64,000 bases of DNA from Spirochaetia bacterium. GTDB taxonomy: Bacteria > Spirochaetota > Spirochaetia > CADAEX01. The position numbers and the translations under genes were made by a program. Shown in pieces: positions 9,836 to 19,910 of this stretch. The notes under the pieces are model-generated. The model worked only from the letters and a program-made list of their open reading frames with translations, made no database searches and was not told the origin of the DNA. Positions within the stretch are counted from its first letter, which is position 1. The number at the start of each line of letters is the position of its first letter. Location: positions 1,856,001 through 1,920,000 of the forward strand of contig OY759746.1 of the NCBI GenBank assembly GCA_963662795.1, written 5' to 3'.

Positions 9836-10993
9836 ATGAGTGAAAATAATCGATTATTGATTATAGGCGCCGGATTTTCTAAATTAGCTGGATTGCCACT
9901 TGGGAATGAACTGTTTAATCTAGTTAGAAATTATGCAAAAAAAATACATGGAAATGATAATATCTTGGAAGCAGAAATTGAAGATTATAAAAGATATAAT
10001 AAAGATTCGTTCAGAAAAGAAATTGATGATAATAATATTTCTTTAGAAGAATTATTATCATTTATGGATATTGAACATGTTCTCAGACTACGTGGAAAAG
10101 ATACATGGAGTAATGATGGTAATGAAGCTCAAGAAATGATAAAACGATTAATTGCAAAAATTATTCACAACAATACTCCTAATTTTGAAAGATTACCAAA
10201 AGAATATTTAGAATTTGCTAAGAATCTCAGAACTTGTGATATTATTATTACTTTTAATTACGATACAATAATTGAAGATATTTTAGATAACATAGGATTA
10301 CCTTATAGATTATTTCAGCATAGATTTAAAACAGTTAATGGAGATACAGGTTTTATTGATGATGAAAAGAAAGAAATTACAGTATTAAAACTTCACGGAT
10401 CAATTGATTGGTTTGATAAAACTGAGTATATCGAATTAAAAGAATCAACTTCGCAAAAATTAAAAAAAGAATATAATCCTGTTGATCCAATTTTTAATTC
10501 TAAAGAGGATTGGGGAATTGAGCCAATTCTTTCCGGGCCAAGATTGCCAATAGATTCGATGAAAAATATTTATAGAATCAGAAAATTAAATAAATATTAT
10601 TCTTATGAATATCCTCCTGCAACACCATATATTATATCTCCTTCATATTGTAAATATGTGTATACACAAAGATTAAAAGATCTTTGGGATGGAATATTAT
10701 TTGGTGGCAGCTTAAACTTTGGTCTTGCAATTATTGGATTTTCATTAACAAATCACGATGAATATATCCATAGAATTATATATACAATATCAAAAAATTA
10801 TCAAAATAATTATTGGGGTGAAGATTTATATGGGTTTAAAAAAACAAAACTTAAACTTATAGATTTTAGAGCCACAGAAGATGATATTAATAATTTAAAG
10901 AAAAGATATTGTTTCTTGGATGAAAAAAAGACTTTATATCATTTAAAAGGTTTTAATTCTGAAGCTATAGAAATTATTTTTAATAATGAATGA
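9836..10993 (+). CDS. SIR2-like domain protein
   Basis: GAGFS..AGLP, TFNYD, KLHGS, IIGFS motifs. Confidence 0.85.
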   Translation: MSENNRLLIIGAGFSKLAGLPLGNELFNLVRNYAKKIHGNDNILEAEIEDYKRYNKDSFRKEIDDNNISLEELLSFMDIEHVLRLRGKDTWSNDGNEAQEMIKRLIAKIIHNNTPNFERLPKEYLEFAKNLRTCDIIITFNYDTIIEDILDNIGLPYRLFQHRFKTVNGDTGFIDDEKKEITVLKLHGSIDWFDKTEYIELKESTSQKLKKEYNPVDPIFNSKEDWGIEPILSGPRLPIDSMKNIYRIRKLNKYYSYEYPPATPYIISPSYCKYVYTQRLKDLWDGILFGGSLNFGLAIIGFSLTNHDEYIHRIIYTISKNYQNNYWGEDLYGFKKTKLKLIDFRATEDDINNLKKRYCFLDEKKTLYHLKGFNSEAIEIIFNNE

Positions 10994-10996
10994 AAA

Positions 10997-11271
10997 GTCC
11001 AACCCTTGGCTCCGCCCTATCGGGTTGGACAAGACGCGGAGGTACTGCAAATAACAGAGGATACTGCACTACGCTCGGAGTACCTCGCTTGGCCTGACGG
11101 CATATTTTGCTATCATCAAACTTGAATAGTAAAAGTTAAACCCTTAACAAGATTAACAAAGTAGACATAAATGTTTTAGAGTTAGAACCGCAAAACATCG
11201 CGTATCCTCAGGACGTTATAGGCAATACCTCCGCGAAGAGAAAATCGCCCGGACCTCCGGCCCACGGGCGA
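10997..11271 (+). repeat. Composite attC-like site 8
   Basis: AAC ends 11055; GTT at 11215. Confidence 0.85.
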
Positions 11272-11308
11272 GAGAACCGGGGCAAAGAAAAAGTGTGAGG
11301 GAAAACTC

Positions 11309-11752
11309 ATGGACGATTTAATTATTCGAAAACTTGAAGAGAAAGATTTAGATGAATTATCACTTCTTTATAAACAGTTCTGGAATGAAGAATCAAACAT
11401 TGAAACGATGAAGAAAAAATATCAGGAGATAAAAAACAACCCAAACTATATAATATTATCAGCAGTTATTAATGGAACACTTGTAGGTTCAATTTACGGT
11501 GTGGTGTGTGAAGAATTATATGGAGCATGCAGACCCTTTCTTGTCATGGAAGATTTGATTGTAGATAAAAATATGAGAAAAAAGGGAATAGGCAAAGCAT
11601 TACTTGAAAAAATTGAAAACTTTGGAAAAGAAAAGAAATGCAGCCAGATAATATTTATTACAGAAACAAATAGAATTGATGCAGTTTCCTTTTACGAGAA
11701 AATGGGATTTAAATCAAAAACGCATACTGGCTTTAAAAAACTATTGAATTAA
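11309..11752 (+). CDS. GNAT family N-acetyltransferase
   Basis: VDKNMRKKGIGKALL acetyl-CoA motif; AVSFYEKMGF. Confidence 0.9.
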   Translation: MDDLIIRKLEEKDLDELSLLYKQFWNEESNIETMKKKYQEIKNNPNYIILSAVINGTLVGSIYGVVCEELYGACRPFLVMEDLIVDKNMRKKGIGKALLEKIENFGKEKKCSQIIFITETNRIDAVSFYEKMGFKSKTHTGFKKLLN

Positions 11753-11817
11753 ATAATGGACAAAGAAAAGAAAAAGTATTAGATTATAAAAGTACGCTAA
11801 TGCGTACGGAGGAAAAC

Positions 11818-12060
11818 ATGGGAGCAATAAACATAACAAATGCAAGGAAAGATTTGTATAATATAGTAAAAGCAGTAAATGATTCACATGAACCAGTGAT
11901 AATTACCGGAAAAAACTCATCAGCAGTAATTGTAGGGGAGAGAGACTGGAGAAATATAGAGGAAACTCTTTATCTTGTATCAATTCCAGGAATGAGACAG
12001 TCAATTCTTGATGGAATGAAAGAACCAATTAGCAAATTATCAGATAAGTTAGATTGGTAA
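11818..12060 (+). CDS. yefM: Phd/YefM family antitoxin
   Basis: ITNARKDLY..EPVIITGK; GGAGG RBS before ATG 11818; palindrome GTACGC..GCGTAC just upstream. Confidence 0.85.
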   Translation: MGAINITNARKDLYNIVKAVNDSHEPVIITGKNSSAVIVGERDWRNIEETLYLVSIPGMRQSILDGMKEPISKLSDKLDW

Positions 12061-12323
12061 TTATGTACAAAATATTATTTACCAAACAGGCACAGAAAGA
12101 TGCAAAAAAACTATCATCATCGAATTTAAAAAAACAGGCCGAGGAAATTCTTGAGATATTGAAAGAAGACCCTTTTAAAGATTACCCACCTTATGAAAGG
12201 TTGATTGGAGATTTGACAGGAGCTTTTTCAAGAAGAATAAACATCCAGCATAGAATTGTTTATCAGGTGTATGAAAAAGAGAAGATAATAAAAGTAATCA
12301 GGATGTGGACACACTACGAGTAA
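12054..12323 (+). CDS. yoeB: Txe/YoeB family toxin
   Basis: FSRRINIQHRIVY..RMWTHYE. Confidence 0.9.
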   Translation: MVIMYKILFTKQAQKDAKKLSSSNLKKQAEEILEILKEDPFKDYPPYERLIGDLTGAFSRRINIQHRIVYQVYEKEKIIKVIRMWTHYE

Positions 12324-12341
12324 TTAATAAGAAAAGAATAC

Positions 12342-12632
12342 GCCCAGCCCTTGGCGGTGCCGTGCGGGCTGGAAGACGCGGAGGTACATGCCTATAACAG
12401 CGATTATTTCGCTGCGCTCCCTGTGGTCGCTTGGGCTCCTGCCAGTTGAGCTGGCAGATCGCCATATTTTGTATTCATAAAACCGGAACAACATGTGTTT
12501 TATGCTCTTCAAGTTTGTAAAAACCAAATAAAAGTATTTTAGAGTTTAGTCACAAAACATCGAATAATCGCGAGACGTTAGCAGCAATACGTCCCCAAGA
12601 GGCAATCGCCCGGACCTCCGGCCAACGGGCGA
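12342..12632 (+). repeat. Composite attC-like site 9
   Basis: AAC ends 12398; GTT at 12577. Confidence 0.85.
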
Positions 12633-12668
12633 AGAAAATATATAAATATACACAGTTTTAAAATAGAG

Positions 12669-14066
12669 GTGATAATTATGTATGGCAAAGTTCTGTTTTA
12701 TAATTCTATCAAAGGTATAGGTAGAATATTGGGAGAGGATTCTGAATTGTATTTTGTTCATTATTCAAAAATTGTTGGAAGAGATTACAAGATTCTTTAT
12801 AAAGGAGAACGGGTATCATTTGAGGTTAAATATCTCCCGCCTAATGAAAATGATGGAGAAAAGCATCATATGGCGATAAATATTAATGTTATAGAAGAAA
12901 AAAATGATACTAAATATTTAAGATTGAATCCTTTTACACCTGATAGACCTGTGAATAGTCCAGACCGCTTTGCTGGTAGAAGAAAAATCATTATTGACAC
13001 TGTTACCGCTCTGCAAAATAATGAAAACATATTGATTACTGGTGATAGAGGAATTGGAAAAAGTTCATTAGCGAATCAATTGTATCTTTTAAGTACAGGT
13101 AATAAATGCTTATTAGAAAGGTACGATATTAAGATAGAAAATAATTTAGATTATGCCCCAATCTCAATAAGATTGTTAAAAGATTATGATATAGCTACAA
13201 TGTCAAAAAAAATTATTCATGAGTATATTCAAAAATATGAATTATTTAAAATAAAAACCGAACATGAGTTTGATTTTAAAATATATAAATTAAAAGTAAA
13301 ACATGAAGATGAAGAAAAAGATATTACGGATTTATTTAATTACGATATTATTAAAATTGCGGAAGCATTAAAAAAGAAAAATGGTTTATTGATTTTTATT
13401 GATGAGATTGAAAATATTGACCCAGAAGCTGGTTTATCTAATTTTATAAAAAATGTAACAGAATATTTCAATATTGAAAGAAAAAAAATTAACTTTATAA
13501 TGTCGGGTATTAATTCAGCATCAACAAAACATTTTTTAGTTCATAGATCGTTTAATAGGTTATTTACTTCAATACAATTAAAAGAATTATCTATGATTGA
13601 GGCCGATGAATTTTTAACTTTATATTTAGAAAATAATTCTACACATATTATGGATTCCACTAGATCAAAATTAATAAAAGCATCTCGAGGACTACCTGTT
13701 AATCTACAATTATTAGGGTTTTATTCATATCAATTGGATGATGATAATAGAATATCAAAAAATGATTTAGATGATGCAATAGAACACATATTAGAAGTCA
13801 AAAAAAATGAATATGCTAATCGACATGAAAGTATTGGTTTTGGTCTTCCTGAAGAAATATTAAAATATATTTATAAAGAAAAAAAATTCAATGAAATAAA
13901 GATTGATTTTCTTTTAGAAAAGTTTCAAACCGATGAAATAAAAGTTATAGAATCATTAAATAAATTAGAAAAGTGTGAACTTATAACAAAGTATGCTAAA
14001 GGTAGGTATTTTATAAAAGATTATTTATTCCATTTATATTTACAAAAACATTATTATACATTTTAA
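12669..14066 (+). CDS. Cold-shock domain fused to AAA+/STAND-like ATPase with probable C-terminal winged helix
   Basis: GKVLFYNSIKGIGRI..YFVHYSKI..GERVSFEV (CSD); NPF..FAGR, Walker A GDRGIGKS, Walker B IFIDEIE. Confidence 0.75.
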   Translation: MIIMYGKVLFYNSIKGIGRILGEDSELYFVHYSKIVGRDYKILYKGERVSFEVKYLPPNENDGEKHHMAININVIEEKNDTKYLRLNPFTPDRPVNSPDRFAGRRKIIIDTVTALQNNENILITGDRGIGKSSLANQLYLLSTGNKCLLERYDIKIENNLDYAPISIRLLKDYDIATMSKKIIHEYIQKYELFKIKTEHEFDFKIYKLKVKHEDEEKDITDLFNYDIIKIAEALKKKNGLLIFIDEIENIDPEAGLSNFIKNVTEYFNIERKKINFIMSGINSASTKHFLVHRSFNRLFTSIQLKELSMIEADEFLTLYLENNSTHIMDSTRSKLIKASRGLPVNLQLLGFYSYQLDDDNRISKNDLDDAIEHILEVKKNEYANRHESIGFGLPEEILKYIYKEKKFNEIKIDFLLEKFQTDEIKVIESLNKLEKCELITKYAKGRYFIKDYLFHLYLQKHYYTF

Positions 14067-14102
14067 TAAAATGTGTTATTTATTTTAATATCAATAAAAT
14101 AA

Positions 14103-14392
14103 GTCCAGCCTTGGCGTTGCCGTGCGGCTTGGACAAGAAGGGGACGTACAGCTGCTAACAGCGATTATTTCGCTTCGCTCCCTGTGGTCGCTTGGGCTCC
14201 TGCCAGTTGAGCTGGCAGATCGCCATATTTTGTTTTCATAAAACCGGAAGAACATGTGTTTTATGCTCTTCAAGTTTGTAAAAACCAAATAAAAGTATTT
14301 TAGAGTTTAGTTACAAAACATCGAATAATCGCGAGACGTTAGCAGCAATACGTCCCCAAGAGAAATCGCCCGGACCTCCGGCCGACGGGCGA
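14103..14392 (+). repeat. Composite attC-like site 10
   Basis: AAC ends 14159; GTT at 14338. Confidence 0.85.
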
Positions 14393-14442
14393 ATAGGTTT
14401 TTATCTGATTAGGAACGTTTTATAAACAAAATAGAGATAACA

Positions 14443-15180
14443 GTGAATAGTCTTAAAAAAGCCATTAAATTAGAAAAAAAAGGAAACTATAAAGCAGCTT
14501 TAGTTTCATATAAAAAGATTGAGACAGATGATTTATCTGAAAAAGAACATTTATATGTAAATAGATCGATCGCTGCCTGTTTATTCTATCTAAGAGAATA
14601 TGATAAAGCAATTCAGGAATATGAAAAAATACTCAAAGAATTCTTTTTGGATACATTTTTAAAAAATCAAATAGAAGAGAATATGCAATTATGCTTTTTA
14701 TATGGTTCTTCAGCACAGAAAGCAATAGAGTATTTTAAAAATAGAATATTGAATGAAAAAAGCAATATAGAAAAGAAATGCTGGTGGTATTGGTATACAG
14801 GACAAGGATTTCAAAGATTAAAAGAATTTAAAGCAGCTGAAATAGCTTATGAACATGCATATCAAACATCAAAAGAATTAAACAGTCCAAAGGAAGATTT
14901 TTATCTTCTTTATATAGCAGTAATAAAAATATTTCAAAAACAATTACAAAATGCTGATGAAATATTAGTTTTATATAAAGAAATATATAATCAAAAAGAT
15001 ATAACTGGGTTGTTTCAAATAATTACGGGTTTAGTTGCTATGCAAAAAGATTTTACTAAAGGACGGAAGCTTTATCATAATGGAATCAAAAAAGCCAAAA
15101 AAGGAAAGTGGATAGAAAACATTGAACTTGCCGAAGAGTTGTTAAAAGTCTGTAAAGAAGAAAGCTATGTCAAAAGATGA
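14443..15180 (+). CDS. Tetratricopeptide repeat protein
   Basis: TPR-like helices (GNYKAALVSYKK, REYDKAIQEYEK, EFKAAEIAYEHA). Confidence 0.65.
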   Translation: MNSLKKAIKLEKKGNYKAALVSYKKIETDDLSEKEHLYVNRSIAACLFYLREYDKAIQEYEKILKEFFLDTFLKNQIEENMQLCFLYGSSAQKAIEYFKNRILNEKSNIEKKCWWYWYTGQGFQRLKEFKAAEIAYEHAYQTSKELNSPKEDFYLLYIAVIKIFQKQLQNADEILVLYKEIYNQKDITGLFQIITGLVAMQKDFTKGRKLYHNGIKKAKKGKWIENIELAEELLKVCKEESYVKR

Positions 15181-15673
15181 TATAATTGTTAAAAAAATAT
15201 TTCCGCCGCTTGATGATTTATACATGCTTTTGAAAAAAATGCAAAAAGTATTGAATGTGGAAATCAATGAAGAAGATTTTGTTATAGGTAAAAAGCAATT
15301 ATTTTATATTTTTATGCATGAGACAATGCATGCCTTTATCTCTAAAAAAGCACATTGGATATATGATCTTGCTGAATATGAAACAGATTTTATTGATGAA
15401 GTAGTCGCAAGAATAATAATTGATGATTTGATAAAAGAATTAAATATCTACGAAAAGTTGGATTTATTTTATGAAAACCATATTAATCACAGAAAAGATC
15501 TTCCAAAATATGGTTACAATTTAACCCCAGAACAGTATGACGGAATCGAAAGAGAATATTATAGAAATCATTCGAAAGAAAAAGATATTAATGGCTTCTG
15601 TCATTTTGTTCATGATGAGTATAAAAGACTTGGTATTAAACGGAGAGAAGATTTTTCATATAAACAGAATTAA
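15167..15673 (+). CDS. Hypothetical protein with HExxH zincin-like motif
   Basis: FMHETMHAF followed by DEVVAR; overlaps TPR gene. Confidence 0.45.
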   Translation: MSKDDIIVKKIFPPLDDLYMLLKKMQKVLNVEINEEDFVIGKKQLFYIFMHETMHAFISKKAHWIYDLAEYETDFIDEVVARIIIDDLIKELNIYEKLDLFYENHINHRKDLPKYGYNLTPEQYDGIEREYYRNHSKEKDINGFCHFVHDEYKRLGIKRREDFSYKQN

Positions 15674-15703
15674 GAAAATATTTAATAGCTAATATATAAA
15701 GAA

Positions 15704-15996
15704 GTCCGGCCTTGGCTTCCAGCCGTACGGCCTGGACAAGAAGGGGACGTACAGCTGCTAACAGCGATTATTTCGCTGCGCTCCCTATGGTCGCTTGGGC
15801 TCCTGCCAGTTGAGCTGGCAGATCGCCATATTTTGTTTTAATAAAACTGGAACAATATGTATTCTATGCTTTTTAAGTTTAAAAAAATTAAATAAAAGTA
15901 TTTTAGAGTTTAGCCGCAAAACATCGAATAATCGCGAAACGTTAGCAGCAATACGTCCCCAAGAGGAAATCGCCCGGACCTCCGGCCGACGGGCGA
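15704..15996 (+). repeat. Composite attC-like site 11
   Basis: AAC ends 15762; GTT at 15941. Confidence 0.85.
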
Positions 15997-16174
15997 GAAA
16001 ATATAGTTAACAGTGTATGTACAAAAAGTAAAGCTTTCATATTAAATCATTACTTGGATAGATGCTACCTGCGTTGCGTCCAAAACTATTATACTTGGAT
16101 TAAATCATTACATATGCTACTATGTTGTTTCATAATATCTTCGAGGGAAATATCCATTTAAGGGAAAATAATAG

Positions 16175-17665
16175 ATGATTCAAGGCACACTTTTTGACAT
16201 AGAATCAAAGACAATTGAAAGCATTTCAAACCCTGAAACCTATAAAGGAATTTATGCATTCCATAAATATTGGGGTAAAAAACCTTCTGAAAGCCTTTGC
16301 TACTTTATTCAAACTTGTACAAAAGCAGGAGATTTAGTTCTTGATCCATTTCTGGGATCAGGTCTTATAAGTATTGAAACCAATGCATTATCAAGAAGAT
16401 TTATAGGTATAGATATTAATCCTTTCTCGATAGAGCATACATCTTTTTTATTATCATTGCCAAAACCTAATGATTATATTTCAGCAGTACAAGAAATTAA
16501 AAAGAATACACAACAGAAAATATTAGAAACATATAAAATGACTGATGGTAAATATGCATCTCATTATTTATGGGAAAAAGAAGATTTAATTAAAGTATGG
16601 AGAAAACCAGAAACTGGAAAAAATAGAATTGAATATAATCCTACAAAACATGATCTTGAAGTGATCAAAAGTTTTGAGGATTATAAAATACGCAATATAA
16701 ATAAAGGAACTTTTTTTGAAAATGCAAGAATAAATGCAAAAAAAGATATGAGCATTTATGATTTATTTACAAAAAGAGCACTTCATAATATTGATCTATT
16801 ATTAGATGAAATTAAAAAATATCCAGAAATAATTCAAAGAGCATTACTATTAACCCTTACCTCTTCTTCAGGCCAAATGTCATCTATGGTATTTGCGATA
16901 ACTGGTCGTGGAAAAACAAAAAATGAAGAGTCTACAAAAATTGAAGTTGGAAGCTGGGTGATTGGATTGTGGCGTCCTGAATTACATTTTGAGATAAATG
17001 TATGGAATTGTTTTGAAAATCGAACGAAAAAATTGTATAAGGCTTTATCTGAGACTGAAAATCGGAATATACCTTTTACAAAAGATGTACTGAGTGTTTT
17101 TTCTAAAAAGACAAATATCGCTATAGTTCAAGGAAATTCATTAAAAGTTTTATCCGCCTTCCCTGAAAAATCTATAATGTTAATCATTACTGATCCACCA
17201 CATAGTGACAGAATACCTTATCTTGAATTAAGTGAAATGTGGAATTGCTTACTAAACAAAGAGTCCGATTTTTCAGAAGAAATTGTTGTTTCCAATGCAA
17301 AAGAACGTAATAAAAATAAACAAAAGTATTCAGAAGATATGAGTGAAATATTAATTGAATCAAGTAGGATACTTCATGAAGATGGTTTTCTATTAATGTA
17401 TTTCAACGCTCGCGATAAGCAAAGTTGGGATTTTTTTAATGTAATTAATAGTAAAACAGATTTAGTATTTATTGGAGCTTTTCCTATGGAATATTCCGCC
17501 AATTCTGTAGTTCAAGATAATAGAAAAGGCTCAATGAAAACAGACTTTCTATTAGTTTTTAAGCATAATAATGGTAAAAACAATTTACATGCTCTCCGTA
17601 AGATACCTGGATGGATTCAAGAGCTGCCAAAACAAGCAACTATATTAGGAGAAATAAATGAGTAA
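16175..17665 (+). CDS. DNA amino-methyltransferase (type II R-M)
   Basis: HKYWGKKP, motif I LDPFLGSG, motif IV ITDPPH. Confidence 0.8.
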   Translation: MIQGTLFDIESKTIESISNPETYKGIYAFHKYWGKKPSESLCYFIQTCTKAGDLVLDPFLGSGLISIETNALSRRFIGIDINPFSIEHTSFLLSLPKPNDYISAVQEIKKNTQQKILETYKMTDGKYASHYLWEKEDLIKVWRKPETGKNRIEYNPTKHDLEVIKSFEDYKIRNINKGTFFENARINAKKDMSIYDLFTKRALHNIDLLLDEIKKYPEIIQRALLLTLTSSSGQMSSMVFAITGRGKTKNEESTKIEVGSWVIGLWRPELHFEINVWNCFENRTKKLYKALSETENRNIPFTKDVLSVFSKKTNIAIVQGNSLKVLSAFPEKSIMLIITDPPHSDRIPYLELSEMWNCLLNKESDFSEEIVVSNAKERNKNKQKYSEDMSEILIESSRILHEDGFLLMYFNARDKQSWDFFNVINSKTDLVFIGAFPMEYSANSVVQDNRKGSMKTDFLLVFKHNNGKNNLHALRKIPGWIQELPKQATILGEINE

Positions 17666-18767
17666 GTCATTCAGAACATGGAAAAAACAACACGATAGTA
17701 AAGATCTTCAACCGTTTAGTTATGATAAAGAAGGCCTTTTATGGCTAAAAATTAAATCGATTGTAAGAAAAGAAATAATTTCAGAGTTTCTTACAACAAC
17801 CGGAATTACATTATCATCAACTACTTTAACAAAGCAATTTGAAGAATTATATAATCTTCTTTCAAATGATGTTGAAGGTTCTCATGAAATCATTAATCAT
17901 TATATACTTAAAAAAAATATAGAAATTATTGGAAATCTTGATCAAGAGCAACTCGTTTCTGAACTTTACAAGTTAAAAGTATTTGAATGGGGTGGTGATT
18001 ATCAAAATTCTCTTGATAAATACTTAGTCAGCCGTTATGTAAAAGCAATTTCTTCTTATGATTTATTATTGACAAAGTTTGATACTGAAATCAATAGAGC
18101 AGTACAAGGGTATGTATTAAATAGCTGGTATAATCATTGGTCAAGCATATTGATTGAACATTTATTTAAGTCGCATTCTTCAGTACTTCCTACTGTCGGA
18201 CAAATAAAAAGTGTTGATTTTTTCATTAATGATGTACCATTTGATCTCAAAGTAACTTATTTCCCCACTGAATATCTAAAGCAAAAAAGAAAAGAAAAAG
18301 GGTTCCCTGTTGAGTTAACATTTTTAAAATCAAAAGCTCGTGAACTTGGAATCCCATTTAATTCAGATAATTCTCCTTCAAATATTTATTATGAAATAAC
18401 TGAGAAACTTAAAGATCGTGGAGATAAAAAAAGTCTAAACGTATTAAAAGAAATTAAAGAGAGTAATCTTTTAATTGTTAAAGAGACAATTGAATCTCCG
18501 AAAATACTTGCCAAATGGCTCTATGAAAATCAAGGAGAAATGAGATTTGGCTCAGAAAATAGGTTGTTTCTTGTTCTAATAGATATTAATGATTTTTCTA
18601 GCTCTTGGAAGCTTAAGCGAAATATTGATTTACTTAGACCTTCAATATATTCTTTTCTCGATGAATTTTGCAACAAAGATATTCAAGATTTGAAAATTGA
18701 ATTTACATATCCTGGACGCCCACAAATATTTAATACGTTAGCAGATGTAATATTTATTATAAAATAA
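17658..18767 (+). CDS. Putative type II restriction endonuclease
   Basis: Overlaps MTase gene; E..VDFFINDVPFDLKVT PD-(D/E)xK-like core. Confidence 0.55.
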   Translation: MSKSFRTWKKQHDSKDLQPFSYDKEGLLWLKIKSIVRKEIISEFLTTTGITLSSTTLTKQFEELYNLLSNDVEGSHEIINHYILKKNIEIIGNLDQEQLVSELYKLKVFEWGGDYQNSLDKYLVSRYVKAISSYDLLLTKFDTEINRAVQGYVLNSWYNHWSSILIEHLFKSHSSVLPTVGQIKSVDFFINDVPFDLKVTYFPTEYLKQKRKEKGFPVELTFLKSKARELGIPFNSDNSPSNIYYEITEKLKDRGDKKSLNVLKEIKESNLLIVKETIESPKILAKWLYENQGEMRFGSENRLFLVLIDINDFSSSWKLKRNIDLLRPSIYSFLDEFCNKDIQDLKIEFTYPGRPQIFNTLADVIFIIK

Positions 18768-18771
18768 AAAA

Positions 18772-19026
18772 GTCCAGCCTTGGCTTCCAGCCGTGCGGCC
18801 TGGACAAGAAGGGGACGTACTGCTGCTAACAGCGAATGACCGGTTCCGGCTGTTTCTAAGGAAGCAGCCTCCACCCAAATTGCCTAAATAATACATGTTA
18901 AGAATAATGGAATAGAGTATAAACTTCTGGAATGAAAAGCATAATCGGCAACTTCGGTCATTCGCGGGACGTTATAAGCAATGTTCCCGCAAGAGGACAC
19001 CGCCCGGACCTCCGGCCGACGGGCGA
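18772..19026 (+). repeat. Composite attC-like site 12
   Basis: AAC ends 18830; GTT at 18971. Confidence 0.85.
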
Positions 19027-19073
19027 GGATATGAAGTATAATATATAAGAACACTAAACTTTACGAGGGGAGA

Positions 19074-19910
19074 ATGATGTATTGTTACAATTGTAGAAAA
19101 GAGTTTTTTATTGAAGATGAATTAATAAAAGCAAAAAAAATTGTGAAATATTTCCAATCCATGTCAATGCCAATAGGTGATATCAATAATATTGAATATA
19201 TAAAGAAAGAATTATCTAAAAAATTTTTTAACAATATAATTTCTGATATTAGTTTCATTGATAAATATGAAGATTTTGCTAAATCTTTAAATAACGATGA
19301 AGTTATATGTCCTGAATGCGAAAATAGAGTTCATTATAATATTTTAGATAAGATTGAATCTCACTTATATTCAGAACTTAGCGATTTAGAGTTTAAATAT
19401 ATTGAAGAATACTTTCAAAAAAAATGCGGAAAAAATGTTACGAAATTATTTTCTTTACCAAAAGAATATTCTGGAACAATAACTTACTACCATAAAATGC
19501 TAAAAGAATATTTTCCTGATGATTATCAGAACTTTATGAAAATGCATGACTTTATCTATAGGTTTAATCCATGTGGCGGGCGTGGTGGTGATGGAGAATA
19601 CCAAATATTTTCAATTATTTATAATTTCCTTACCGACGAATTTGTTAAAAACGTGTTTTATGATCTTTTAAAAGGTTCCTCCGTTTTTCTATTTACAAAA
19701 TATTGTATCCATCTTAAGAATAAGAAAGTAATTGAAAAGGCTAAATTAAAAGCTGAACAATTGATTGAAGACACAGAAACAAGAGAATATTATTATGAAG
19801 GGTTATTGTTTTCCTTTCTTACGAAGAAAGAGAAAAAGAAGCTTATAAATACAGTGTCAAAAAAAATGAGTAAAGAAATAATAAAGAAAATAAAAAAGGC
19901 ACTTATGTAG
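19074..19910 (+). CDS. Hypothetical protein with split CxxC...CxxC zinc ribbon
   Basis: CYNC and CPEC; ORF track. Confidence 0.5.
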   Translation: MMYCYNCRKEFFIEDELIKAKKIVKYFQSMSMPIGDINNIEYIKKELSKKFFNNIISDISFIDKYEDFAKSLNNDEVICPECENRVHYNILDKIESHLYSELSDLEFKYIEEYFQKKCGKNVTKLFSLPKEYSGTITYYHKMLKEYFPDDYQNFMKMHDFIYRFNPCGGRGGDGEYQIFSIIYNFLTDEFVKNVFYDLLKGSSVFLFTKYCIHLKNKKVIEKAKLKAEQLIEDTETREYYYEGLLFSFLTKKEKKKLINTVSKKMSKEIIKKIKKALM

